Assembly: GCA_002104905.1 (NCBI GenBank)
Contig: MCFE01000058.1
Location: 62,001 to 126,000 of the forward strand
Reading direction: 5' to 3'
Source of the DNA: Basidiobolus meristosporus CBS 931.73
Taxonomy: Eukaryota; Fungi; Basidiobolomycota
Length of the DNA stretch: 64,000 nt
Shown: positions 51,301-63,509 of the stretch, piece after piece
How positions within the stretch are numbered: position 1 is the first letter of the stretch
How the letters are laid out: each line of letters begins with the position of its first letter
Made by a program: the position numbers and the translations under genes
The notes under the pieces: generated by a model
Seen by the model: only the letters and a program-made list of their open reading frames with translations
Database searches by the model: none
Told to the model about the DNA's origin: nothing

Positions 51301-53319
51301 ATTATGCAATTGGTGGAGTGTTGAGCCAAGAACACAAGGGAAAGGACTACCCCATTGCCTTTGCATTCAGGAAACTGAACTCAACAGAACAAAACTATCC
51401 AGTGCATGAGAAGGAGATGCTTGCTATAATACACTGCTTGAAGTCATGGAGATGCTATATTAAAGGAGTCAAATGCACTGTAAAGACTGATCATGCCTCC
51501 CTCAAGTATATATTCACTCAGAAGGTACTCTGTAGAAGAATGACAAGATGGAGTGAATACATTCAGCAATTTGACTTGGACATTTTCTACTGCCCTGGAA
51601 AAAACAACACAGTTGCTGACACCTTATCAAGATTAGATCAAGTTGCACAACTCAACTTGGTGCATGAATCAGATTGGCATAGCCTATTACCAAAGTACTT
51701 GGAGGACCAAGCCATTCCTAATGAGGTGGATGAAGATATCAAGAAGAGAATCCAGGATGAAGCCAGAAAATTTGTAGTACAGGATGAAACACTCTACCAA
51801 ATTGTTGATGGAAGCCCTGTTGCCTATTTCCCTTGTGTTTTTTGCCTGGATTTAATACATAAGCTACACAATGGATATGGACATCTTGGAATTGAATGAA
51901 CCTATAGCCTTGTGAAAGCTAGAGCATGGTGGCCCAGAATCAAACATGACATGGAGAAGCTAGTGAAAGCATGCCCAAAATGCCAAATCAATCAAGGCCA
52001 ACCACAGAGAGCTGCTGAACTCTTTCCTTTGGAGCCTGTAAGACCATTTGAAAGATGGGGAATTGACTTTATTGGAAGACTGCCAACTACCAGAAAATGC
52101 AATTGTTGGATCCTAGTAGCAATTGACCATGCCACTAAATAGCCAGTGGCTAAAGCTGTACCTATAGCCAGTGGACAAGAAGTTGCAAGTTTCATCTACT
52201 ATGAGATCCTTATGAAGTTTGGATGCCCTGTAGAGATTCTAGCCAATAGAGGTGCAAGCTTTATGGCAAAATCATAGGAAGCCTACCTGGAAATGCAGCA
52301 GATCAAATACTTAAAAACCTTAGCATATCACCGCAGAACTAATGGAGTCACTGAACGGTTTAATGGATTATTTGGAAAAGTGCTGACCAAGTATGCAAAT
52401 GGAGTTGTCAGTAGATGGGATGAGTATATAGACCAAGCACTCTTTGCATGCAGAGTCAGAGTACACAACACCACTCAGCAATTGCCATTTTACTTAGTGT
52501 ATGGATGTGAACCAAGGATTCCAGGATATCTCACACAATTAAAGCTCACAGACACCTTAGAAGATGAACTCAGTCAGCCAAGTAGACACCAGCAGCTGGA
52601 ACAAAGACGTCAAGAGGCACAGACCAAAGTATCTCAAAGCGCAGAAACAATGAAGAAGAGATTTGATCAGACTATAGCACAAGAAGCATTGACAGTTGGG
52701 AACTTTGTATTGCTAAGAAACAACAGTTGGAAGAAGTTTGAGCCACATTGGACAGGACCATTCAAGATCATCAGAGAATGTCCATTTGCAACTTACCAAC
52801 TAGTGGACAAGCAAGGCAATATCCAGGAAGACTTAGTGCAAAGGGACAGACTCAAGCTTGCAAGACTTGGTGATAATACTGAACCATCAAGATATTGGTA
52901 TTACAAGAAAAGAGATTCAGGAGCGCCTTCTCAACTTTAGCAGCGGAGAATGCTATGATCTGCCGCTTGAATGTTCAAGTAAGATCAGTTTTTAGTCAAA
53001 TTAATTAGTTATATGTTTAGGTTATCAGTATATCAGTATTATTTATCAAATCAGTAGCATTAGTCAGCAAATGAATCAGCATATCCTTATCAGACAGGAG
53101 TAGATATATTAGGTAGGATCTTATTGGGTGATGATGATGCAATCAAATGAGTCATCAGCCACAGCCTACATTAGGAAATACAATTAGTCAGCAAATGATC
53201 TGGCAAAATGTATGTAAGGAGCTGCTGGAATCTCAATAAAGATCAGTTCAAGTTTTAGTGAATACAATACTAGCTAAGCTCCCTATTCCTCTACAACTCT
53301 TATACCAATACTTGTAGCA
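48387..53319 (+). mobile_element. Full-length (decayed) Ty3/gypsy family B element, ~4.9 kb, no chromodomain seen
   Basis: LTRs 48387-48754 and 52951-53319; PBS TGGTAGCAG 48756-48764; purine tract before 52951; gag knuckle CFNCHQQGHIAKYC; protease IINSGA; RT YLDD (~50843); RNase H; integrase zinc finger, WGIDFIG and GPF motif (WTGPFKII). 4-bp flanks CTAT/CTAA within a colinear CMC host. Confidence 0.94.
50997..51899 (+). pseudogene. Gypsy pol fragment (RT connection + RNase H + start of integrase, 300 aa)
   Basis: LRSFLGMVSYY, LCTNASDYAIGGVL, NYPVHEKEMLAII, TDHASL, YCPGKNNTVADTLSR, HNGYGHLG. Confidence 0.93.
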
Positions 53320-55167
53320 CTAAACTGCTTCTTTGGGCTAGATTTTAGTCCCCTTTTTGGGTACACTGTGGTTCTTATTTGTATGAATTTGATATTCAAT
53401 GGTGTAGAAATTAGCTTGGATTCAGAAGAAACATGGCATACTTTGGCAGAGTTGTCCTAATAAGAATCAGTGGCACCAAGCATCTGCCCCATCCTTGCAG
53501 TACTTAACTGGTTGCTCATAAGCTGGAGCTGCATAGCTGCTTGATGCCAAAGGCATAGTTGCTCTATATGCATATCTGTCTAAGCTATTTTTCAACTCTT
53601 CCTTACTGTCCTCCATGTACCATTGTATCTGATCTATGACAGACTTGAAGGTAATATTCTTGACAAAATTGGGGTATTGTTGTACTTTTAACTTGGCTTG
53701 TCTTGCTATTTCCTCACATATCTGCTTTATAAGAAGCTCTCACAAGGAGTAGTAAGATCCAATATTTTAGATGCACCAAGTAAGATGGAATGGAGAATGG
53801 ATACAGCAGTGGCAGAGCTCTACACACCTGGCTGTATTATTGTAGTATAGCCGCTCATATCCAAACACAAACTCCTTGTATAAAAGCTGCACATACATCA
53901 AGTGGGTATTATTGATCTGCAGTTGTATGGTAAACATACCTGGCACCAACAAGTTTATCCATACAGCTATTATGGTGCAGCTCATCCAGTCCTTGCATTT
54001 GTGTTGTTACACTTGAGCATGAATATTAATTGGGACTTGTGAGAAATACTATAGGTAGCAAATATTATGTATTATCATACCATTTCCTTCAATTATCTCA
54101 GGTATCTCAATGGACTTACTTAGCTCAAGATGTCTCATTTATAGCTTGTTGATTAGCATGAAGAAACGGCTTAAGGGCTAATGCATTGCTTACGGTGGAA
54201 AGATTATGCTCCAAGAGATTAGATTGGTTCCATTGGAGAGCACAATCTTGAGCCATTAGTGCCAAAAGTGCCAAAGTGTGCCTGAAAGATATAGCCAACC
54301 TATCCTTGGCCACATAATGTGAAATATAATTCAACATCCTCATGCATGCAAAGCAGCCCCTATATATCATCCACTGAGCTAAAAAATTTCCATTTTTTTT
54401 GGATCAAGGCTGCTCATGTCATATAAGTGCACAGAAGGACTGCAGATATAAGTCTGGTGGACAATACTCATGGTACTCTGAGTCTGGCTCCCAAGGATTG
54501 TAACATGCTGCAAAAATCCCTGGCAGTATCTTGGTCTACTAATACAATTGGGCAATATGGACTTTCCCCAGCGTAGTGAGTGAAACACAGGGGCTGCATT
54601 GCCTAAAGAATTGCTCCACTTAGCCACTCTGGCACATAGTGGTAATATCTGGAACTCATTGCTCAATGTGGCAACATCTACAGGAGCAAGTCTATTCACT
54701 TAGTCTTTAGTATCTTGGGCTTGGATTAATACCATATTCTGGCTGATGGCATGTTGCTTGCTAGTGTTGCTGTAACTGCATACTGACTTCTGTACATTCC
54801 CTTATTGGTGTTTGTGTTGTGGAGTAAGTGCCTAGGTTCTCTCACAGTCAAGAGTAATACCATCCATTGTGCCCAAAAAGGTTGGCTATCTTGCTAAAAG
54901 CTAGAGTATCATCTATGCAGAAAATATTAGGTGCTCTGGCATTTTGGTCATTTATTTATTTCCCTCTGGACAGCATACAAAACTCATCTAGAAATGGAAA
55001 CAGGTGGCTACTCAGGTTGGATGGTGATATAGGCCCAGATATCTTTGACACTACCATTGGATGTCTGCTCTGATACTTTAATGCTGGAGGCTAGTCCAGG
55101 TTGAATAGAATCAGTGAACAGCAGAATTTGCTGGCCAAGTACTTTTTTGGCAAGAATCCATCCAGTC

Positions 55168-58100
55168 AATAAAAACCTTGGGACTTGGCTCTTTCAAATA
55201 GAAGAAGCTTTCAAGGTGAAAAGAATTGCTCAATAGAGTATATTGTATTATGTAGCTTTTTACTTAGCAGATGCAGCTTTTCAGCAGTACCATAACAAGA
55301 TTAGATCTAGCACTATGATGAGATGTATTACTATCTGGATCTTCAATGGGTTTGTGTTTGAAATTCAGGATACCTCTAAGCCTTCACATTGGCAGACACT
55401 GCTAAGAAGAAAGCTGAAGACACTGAGACAGACAGGAGTTGCTCAGGAATACCTCTATAAGTAATGATGTCTACTTGGACAGACTTAAGAAATGAACCCC
55501 CTTGCTCAAGATGAATACCTAATTGATGGGCTGACTGAAAGGACTTGCAAGGAAGTAAATAATTACAGACCTCAAACTATTGAAGAAGCCACTAAGATTG
55601 CCATCAACTGTGACTCAGCCATGTTTGGAGTTGGAAAGCCTAGAGTGGCTAATCAGAAAAGCTATAATCACTTTAAAGATGACAATCAGAAGTAGTGTTA
55701 ATGTAACTTGTCACTATGCAGAAGAATTCTATCTCAGAAGAATGTAACATCCCAACTCAGAAGAATGCAAGAAGAAAGAACTTTGTTTCAATTATCACCA
55801 GCATGGGCACATCTCATGGTACTGCCCTTGGAGAAATAATGCACACCAGTCAACAAGAACATTCAGACATACTGAGGCCCAAGAACATAGTGAAGTGGAG
55901 GATGAACTTGAAGAACACTCAGAACTCACTTTCAATGTGAGAGAATAGTACCTATCACAAGTGGACTCAAACTCAGGGAAACTATTATACTTGAATGGTG
56001 TGATCAATGGAGTACCTGTCAAATTATGATTGAATCAGGAGCATCACACAATTACATGCCTGAAAAACAACCTTGAAAGCAGGAATCAACTTGGAACCTA
56101 CCAAATCAGTTCAAGTCTCAACAGCTGATGGGAACTCTCAGATAAACAACCGTATTACTCAGCCAGTGGGAATGAAGATCAATGACTACAAAGAAGACCT
56201 GCTGGCCTACATATTTGGAAACTGCAAATTTACCTGGTACTTTGAAAGCCATGGCTATTCAGCCATAATCCATCAATCAAATGAAGTATTCATGCAACTC
56301 AGATCCATAACGCAACCCAATTTATCTGTTACTATGGGCCTGACTGGAATTCAACTTTGTCAGATTCTGTGTGTTAGACACAAATAAACTTAGCAAGACA
56401 TATTTCTTTAGAGCATTTAGGAAAGGGACACAGATGTAACTCATGGCAGATATACTGGATGATTCCTTTATCTCAGTTCCACAGAAAGTTTGGACTCTTT
56501 TGAAGGAATATGCAGATGTGTTTCCAAAAGAGCTTGTAAGTCTACTACCAGTCAGAGAGGTGGATCATGCCATTGACACAGGAGATAGCTCCCCCCCCCT
56601 GTGAGCACAACATCCTGCAGGATGAGTCCAGTGGAGCTGGAAGAGATGAAGATACAAATTGATCAACTATATGTGCAAGACTACATTAGGCCCAGTAAGT
56701 CACCTTGGAGAGCACCAGTACTTTTTGAGAAAAAGAAGGATGGAGCACTTTGGAAATGCGTTGACTACAGAGCCCTCAACTCATTCACTGTGAAGAATAA
56801 GTACCCCATACCTTGTATTGATGAGCTTTTGGACTAACTCAATGCAGCCACCATATTCAGCAAGATTGACCTCACAACAAGATACAACCAGATTAGGGTG
56901 AAGCCAGAAGGCATCCCTAGGACAGCATTCAGGACCAGATATGGACACTGCAACTACATAGTCATGAACTTTGGCCTCACTAATGCCCCTGTAACAATCA
57001 TAACCTTGAAGCAAACTATCTTCCAGGAATACTTTGACATGTTTGTGGTAATCAACCTAGATGGCATATTGGTATAAAGTATGACAGAAGAGGGCCACTT
57101 AGTATACATTGAGAAGGTCTTGAAGAAGCTAAGAGGGAACAAGCTTCAGAACAAGCTAGCAGGGTGCAAGCTCTTCAAGGAACGCAGTGAATAAGCCAAA
57201 AATATGATGGTAAGGAACACCTGGTGGCTTTTGAGTTCAAGAAACAAAACTCAGCCAAACAAAACTATCCAGTACATGAGACAAAGATGCTTGCCATAAT
57301 ACACTGCCTAAAGACATGCATATGCTACATTGAAGGATTCAAGTGCACTGTGAAGACTGATCATGCCTCACTCAAGTATATATTTACTCAGAAGGTACTC
57401 TCCAGAAGAATGACAAGATGAAGTCAATACATTCAGCAATTTGACTTGGAGATTGTCAACTGCCCTGGGAAAAACAACACTGTTGCCAATGCTGTATCAA
57501 GACTAGAACAAGTTGCACTACTCAACTCTGTGCATGAGTCAGATAGGTTCAGCCTATTACCAAAGTATTTGGAGGACCAAATCATTCCTAATGAGGTGGA
57601 TGCATATATCAAGAAGAGAATCCTGGAAAAAGCCAGCAGATCTGTAGTACAGCATGAAGCAATCTCCCAAGTTGTTTATGGAGGCACTATAACCCCTTGC
57701 TCATTTGTCAATTGTCTGAGTTTAATGCATAAGCTAAACAACAAATATTGACATCTAGGAACTGAAGGAATCTATAGCCTGGCAAAAGCCAGTGTGTGCT
57801 GGCTTGGAATGAAACAAGATATTGAAAAGCTACTGAAAACATGCCCAGGTTGCCAAACCCACTAAGGCCAACTTCAGATAATTGCTGAACTCCTTTCCTG
57901 GAGCCTGTAAGATCATTTGAGAGATGGTAACTGATTGATTAAAAGACTGCCAGCCTCCAGGAAATGCTACTTTGGATTGTAGTAGCAATTGGCCATGCAA
58001 CTAAATGGCCAGTAGTTATAGCTGTATCTGTAATCTGTTAGCAGGAAGTTGCAAGTTTCATCTACAAGGAGATTCTATTAATGTCTGGATGCCCTGTGGA

Positions 58101-58330
58101 AATTGTATCTGATAGAGGAGCAAATGTTACAGCCAAAGCATTGAAAGCTTACCTGGAAATGCTGAAGATCAAACATCTGAAAGCTTTGGCATAGCACCCT
58201 AGTACTAATGAAGTAACTGAGCAGCTTAATGGAGTATTTTGAAAAATGCTGATTAGCTATGCTAATGGGGCTATAAGTAGATGTGATGCATATTTTGGCT
58301 AACCACTGTTTGCCACAGAGTCTGGGTGCA
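55168..58330 (+). mobile_element. Second, older gypsy family B copy without LTRs
   Basis: Colinear with ~48985-52467 (gag to integrase core). ~340-bp deletion between RT and RNase H at ~57185. Confidence 0.9.
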
Positions 58331-58334
58331 TTTT

Positions 58335-59105
58335 GCTACCTACATCCTCTGGAATATTTACCTACTTCTCATCATTGAACTCCAGAGCGTTGTTGATTGT
58401 CAATGCCTTCTGATACTTAGATCTTAGTATTAAGGTTTCAGACTATTCCTCCTGTATTATGATAAGGTTTTTGTAGACTTTATTTTTGGGCACTGTTGCT
58501 GGGATTCAAAGACTTCTTAGAGCTCCTGTACTGTTACATCTGTTCCTGGGATACTGATTGCTCCATATATGCTATCTGCACATCCTGTCCCTGGACACCT
58601 CCCTGATTTCTCTTTCCCATTGTATGCCTTGGTACAAGTTAATAGTGTACTTGCTAACACTGGTAGTGTAAATATTATGACAGGCATTTGCTAGTCTTCC
58701 ATGAGAGGCACTGCATTTGCTGTATTCTTATCAGCCTTGGGATTGTGACTTGCTTACAGCACTGCAGAGCTGCTTAGTTGCCTACTTGACTGAGAGCCTG
58801 AGGAGTTTGCATCAATCCCTACAGTGGACACACAGTCAAGATTGCCTTTCTTTGATTTAGTACACCTTGCTGTACCAAACTTCAAAGCAGGCTGTTGTCT
58901 AACCTTCCTTCTGCTGCTGTTGGCAGTGGGGTTTGGTTGGGAACCAGACATTTTGCTTGAACTTCTGGAGGCATATCTCTTGAGCCAGTCAAATCAAAGG
59001 ACAAAAAGTGCTACCTATTCCAATGTATGTGATGCCAGAACTTTATTTTTGATGCTTACTATAGTGTATCAACATTGAATCTTACATACTGTATGTGCAA
59101 TGTCT
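58335..59105 (-). pseudogene. Homolog of the CMC companion gene (5' part plus upstream region)
   Basis: MSGSQPNPTANSSRR..SSGSQSSRQL..ANAVPLMED aligns with (M)SGSQQNPTTDGNRR..PSGSQASRQL..ANAVPSVED of 3961-4220. Homology continues to the KPKNQK..IHEAIE..W region and upstream to ~3790. Confidence 0.8.
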
Positions 59106-59109
59106 TAAA

Positions 59110-61010
59110 TGCTGTAAAACTTGTCATTCCATCAGTATATTAGACTTGTTCCATCATTCCTGCTGATCATAGTGCCCAACAGTCCCATAGCATGCCAGAT
59201 GGTGCCTGATCATGTCTCAGAGTGCCAGATGGGGCCATACAGTGCCAATTTGACATCAAAATTGACATGCATATGACCCTAAAATATCAAATTAATAACA
59301 AAATATACAGCACTCTCTAGCACTATGATCAATGGCACAATGGAACAAGTCTATTAACCTAATTTAGCAACTTTGATCACTGCCTACAAATCTTAGAGAA
59401 TACCAATCAAATTATATGTTGGGATCTACCTAAAATATTCTCTCTCATATTTCAGATTCCCACAACAAAAACATTCTGACAGTTGTCCAAACAGCCCCAA
59501 ACTTTTCACACATGCCAATGCAACTTTCCCAAGCATATTCCATGGTTTGCTATACCAAGACCATGTAACATTATAAAACTGCTTTACACCCAATAGATCT
59601 TCAAGTGAAACCACATGATCTACTAATTCTCCAAATCACTTCCAATATCTGTTGGCTGATGAGATGGAATCTATAAGTGTGGTGTACTGACTTTGGGGCA
59701 TCCCAACACCTTACACTTCTGTAAGAACCTTTTATCTAGTATCAAAATATTCCAATTAAGGTTTTCATGGGTGACAATTGGGCATTTGATGCAGTTGGAG
59801 AAGGATCTATTTAAGTCAATCTTACAAGCAGTGAAGGAAGCCACACACTCACCCTCAAAGAAGTACTTTATCTACCAGCAATAGCCAAGAGCCTACTATC
59901 TTTAATTATGGCCACTGCAGAAGGATTCAGTTTCAAGCTTTACTACTCTGGAAGCAGGATTGCTGATCCAAATGATGCCTATATTCCTTTGGGTATCAGT
60001 GATCAGAATTTTCACAAGTAGACTAATATTCCTTAATTTTTGGAAGCCAGCATAAGTAAAATAAATGTAGATATAAATAGGCTCTAGCTCAGGTGATTTG
60101 GATATATCACTCTTGTAGTTTACCCAAAATTATCAAAGATCAGCTGATTTCAGAGCAAAAAATGATCCCCTCCAAGTTTGAAGCACGGTGAATCCTGCTT
60201 TTATTGGAAACAAGTCAGACAGCTCATCACATGCTCTGGGTCAATCAAAATAAGAAAAAATAAGCTTTGATTCACCTCAGTCTGTGTGAATCTATGCAAG
60301 AAGTATCCTTAGGGAGGATCAAGTACTCAATCACTTTATTGATGCTTATACAAGATACATGTGGGTCTACTTCTTGGAAAGCAAGGAAAAGGCTCTGACT
60401 AGGCTCCATGCAATCTAAGCCAAGATGGAGTGAGGAACAGGTATAAAAACTAACAAAATATGCTTTGACCATGGTGCAGAATGTACCTCACAACTGTTCA
60501 TTCACTTCTACTAAATCTGTGGGATAAAGCAAGATAAAACTGTACCATACTTCCAGCAGCAAAATGTGGTTGAAGAATACTCAAACAGATTACTAACTTA
60601 TATTGCACAATCTAAGTTCCATGATCATAAATTTTGCTATGATGCTTTGAGGGAATGTATTGCTATAAATCTGCACCTTAACAATAAGAGTTACAACAGA
60701 GCACTGGGCAATCCTACTCCATTGATGGTGTGATATAGATATGGACCAAGTTTAAAGCATTTAAGAATACTTGGGTGCACAGCAAGTCCTAATAAACTGT
60801 CCAGAAGTCAATCAAAGTTTGAGCCAAAAAGTGTAAGTGCATATTTTTGAGCTACAACATTAAGTGTAAGTGATTCTGACTCTAGAATACCAAAGCAAAA
60901 AGCTGACAAAGTCCAGGAGTAAGTCAATGCATGAAAGCTCAAAATATTCATAACATTTCCTTCAGGTGGTGACAAAAACCTGATCTCAAATCCACCTATT
61001 ATTAGGATGG
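59110..61010 (+). mobile_element. Old copia family A relic (LTR 59110-59141 + 59353-~59649; PR-IN remnants)
   Basis: TGCTGTAAAAC.. aligns with the family A LTR start. gag is deleted. 59710-61010 is colinear with PR/integrase of 12350-13570. Interrupted at 61011 by CMC copy 2. Confidence 0.8.
59142..59352. mobile_element. MITE, 211 bp, TIR AGACTTGTTCCAT (imperfect to ~34 bp), 3-bp TSD ATT
   Basis: Perfect 13-bp TIRs at 59142-59154 and 59340-59352, extended by TGATCATAGTGC on both arms. ATT at 59139-59141 and 59353-59355. Removing the element and one ATT restores the length of the host LTR (AATATTCACC). Confidence 0.88.
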
Positions 61011-63509
61011 CCCTATGCAAAATAATTTGGTGCTGCTGGTGGTTTCATTCCAGATCAGCCATCAGGATCCCATTGTGAGACCATCAGAATATTGGCAGCT
61101 TGGAAGTAATGACCCTCTACACAAGCTAATGGTGGGATCACAGAAGCATGTGGCTAATCTTACTGCCAAATAAAGTTTAAAAACTTGACAGTGATTGATT
61201 GGTGTTCTGACAAGAGTTGAATTGTATTGTTGCCATCTTTATGGGCTCTACAGCTATTTTGAGTGGATTTAGCCAACCAGCATGTGCAATAGCATAATGT
61301 GACAAGATACTTGGCGGAATTTTGATTGCCTCATTGAAAGCTTCTATTGGCATTTTAATGGCAGTATGGCAGCCTACAGCTGGTTCTGTGTAATGCTACC
61401 ATACCTAATTGCCAAGTGGTACTTCCTTTCTCTACCTCCCCTTGCACAATTCAAATATTCCACTGTAGAATTATCCCTCCTTATTTGCTTACCCTCTACT
61501 ACCTTGGATATTCCACTTATAGTTTGAATCAAAAGAAGCCATGGCCTTCTGCTAACTAAACTATACAAATGCATACACCTGCCATAATTGACATTCTTTT
61601 ATTACCTCAAATTTACGGTTTTTTAGTGTGATACTTGCAAAGTGGCCATATATCTTGTACTGCTGGTAAAATATACATCTTGCAAATATTGTTGTAAAAA
61701 TTTGTATTTCCACCTAAATATTCACCTAACTTAGTCACTTAGATCATCACCTTCAAATCCTAGAGAATACTGACCAAATTCCTTGTTGGGATTTACTTAG
61801 AATATTTTCACCAAAATACCAGGTACCCAGAACATGAAAATTCTCAAAGTTGTCCAAACAGCCCCAAACTTTGCACACATGTTCTTGGGACCTTCCTTAA
61901 CCTATTCTACGTGTTTGTAATGCCAAGACCAGGTAAAAGTATAAATACTACTTTTACATTCAATAAATCATTAAGTGAAAACCACATAATCTACTTGTTC
62001 TCCCAATCACTTCCAATATCTCCAAGACTCTTACAACAAATATGTGTAATTGTTGCCACTTCTGCCATGAATACCCCATGAATATCCGTAAAGAACATCT
62101 TGGTATTTAGCCAATATATTCCTTCTCCCTGCTGGATTCTAGTCCTCCTAATAGGTGCACTCTGGCTCTTACTTGTGTGAATTCTATATTGTATGGTGTA
62201 AAAGCTGGCTTGCAGCCAAGAGAAACCTAGCATACTGTTGTTAAGTCTTCTTAATAAAAATTGGCTGCTTGTTGCATCCAGCCCAACTTTGCACCACATA
62301 AATAATTATGCATGCATTGGAGCTGCTTAGCCTCTTAATGTCATAGGCATAGGTGTCTCCATTTGCTCATTTGTCCTATTATTCTCCAGCTCTTCCTTGT
62401 TGTCCTACATGTGACAAATCATCACATCCATGATGGACTTGAAGGTAATGATGTTGATAAGATTGGGATACTGTAGGACATGCAACTTGACTTGTCTTTC
62501 TATCTCCCAACACATCTGCTCCATGGGAAGCTCACAAAAAGTAAAGCAAGGCTCAATATTTTTCACACATCAAGCAAGATGGCAAGGAGAATGGAAACAT
62601 TAGCACTAGAGATCTACCTGTGCAGCTTTATACTTGTAGTATAGCCAATCAAATCCTGTCCAAATTCTTTGCACAAAAGCTGTAGATGTGGCAAATTGGC
62701 AGCTGTCATCTGCTTCTGGATCAATATTGCATGTCTACATATGACTTCCAATGCTTCTAATATATTCTAGGTATAAACTGTTTCAGAAGGCCACTTGATT
62801 AAATACCTTGCCAGTCCATCCAGTCCATACATCTGTATTGTTGCATATGCATATGAATACTGATTAAAGTCTATGAGAAGTACATTGAGTAACATATACT
62901 CTGTGATATTCTACCAACTCTTTCAGGTTACTCTGGCTTCTCAAAGGGTTCATTTAGCTTTAATTGCCCTATGTACAACTTGGTCAGCATTATAGCAGTA
63001 TTATTGAAAGGAAATGCATTGCTCCCAGTGAAAAGCTCTTGCCCCAACAGATACCCTCTATCTTAAGTGACTCCTACTGAATTCCATCATAACCAAGAAG
63101 AATTATCAATAAGTAAACAGCTGTTTTCACAGGAGTTGGAAGAGCAGCCATTTGAGCTACACTCTAGTGAGGTAGATGAGTTTGCAGAGAAAGGTTATTT
63201 GTCTACCATAGCCTCCATGCGCTTCATTATTGACAGAGTGGAGATTGCACTGACAAATAAAGCAGCAAAACCAAGAACTCAAAAGGTTATCACAATGCCT
63301 TCAGTGGAGCTTTGGAACATTAACAGGCGCTCCAAGAGGTTGAAGCACTTCTTCAAGAAGAGTGCACAAGAAAACTCACTTGAGTATTGTAAGGTCTTAC
63401 TGTATAGACTTGCAGATAAGGTACTAGACCTTGCAGTACCAGCCAATAACCAGGATGTATGGAAACCAGTGAATGAACAGTGGCATATGGCCGTAGGGAT
63501 GGTGCCAAA
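61011..63509. mobile_element. CMC transposon copy 2 with a ~2.9-kb internal deletion
   Basis: Starts CCCTA. Colinear with 794-~2500, then jumps at ~63068 to the equivalent of ~6475 (companion gene, ORF 63067-63537). Interrupted by copia A at 61690 and 63510. Confidence 0.85.
61690..62038 (+). repeat. Solo LTR of copia family A with TSD AATAT
   Basis: TGTTGTAAAAA...CTTACAACA, 349 bp. AATAT at 61685-61689 and 62039-62043. TATAAATA at 61940-61947 and AATAAA at 61962-61967. Confidence 0.97.

Larger units (their letters stand above)
46510..55165. mobile_element. CMC transposon copy 3 (old), in pieces at ~46510-46900, ~48100-48386 and 53320-55165
   Basis: GCAGCTTGGAATTAATAACCCTC (~46557) matches ~880. 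48110-48386 matches ~1200-1540. 53320-55165 matches ~1545-2755 and includes ~600 bp absent from copy 1. The 46510-46900 piece is weak. Confidence 0.65.

Noticed and set aside
59141-59353. TA TSD (Tc1/mariner) reading of the MITE
   Set aside because: Excising with a TA TSD leaves 3 extra bases relative to the host LTR consensus. The ATT reading restores the exact length.
59650-59708. 59-bp TGTTGG...CCAACA mini-element
   Set aside because: Only 6-bp inverted ends, no TSD and no second copy. It could be a collapsed LTR remnant or chance.
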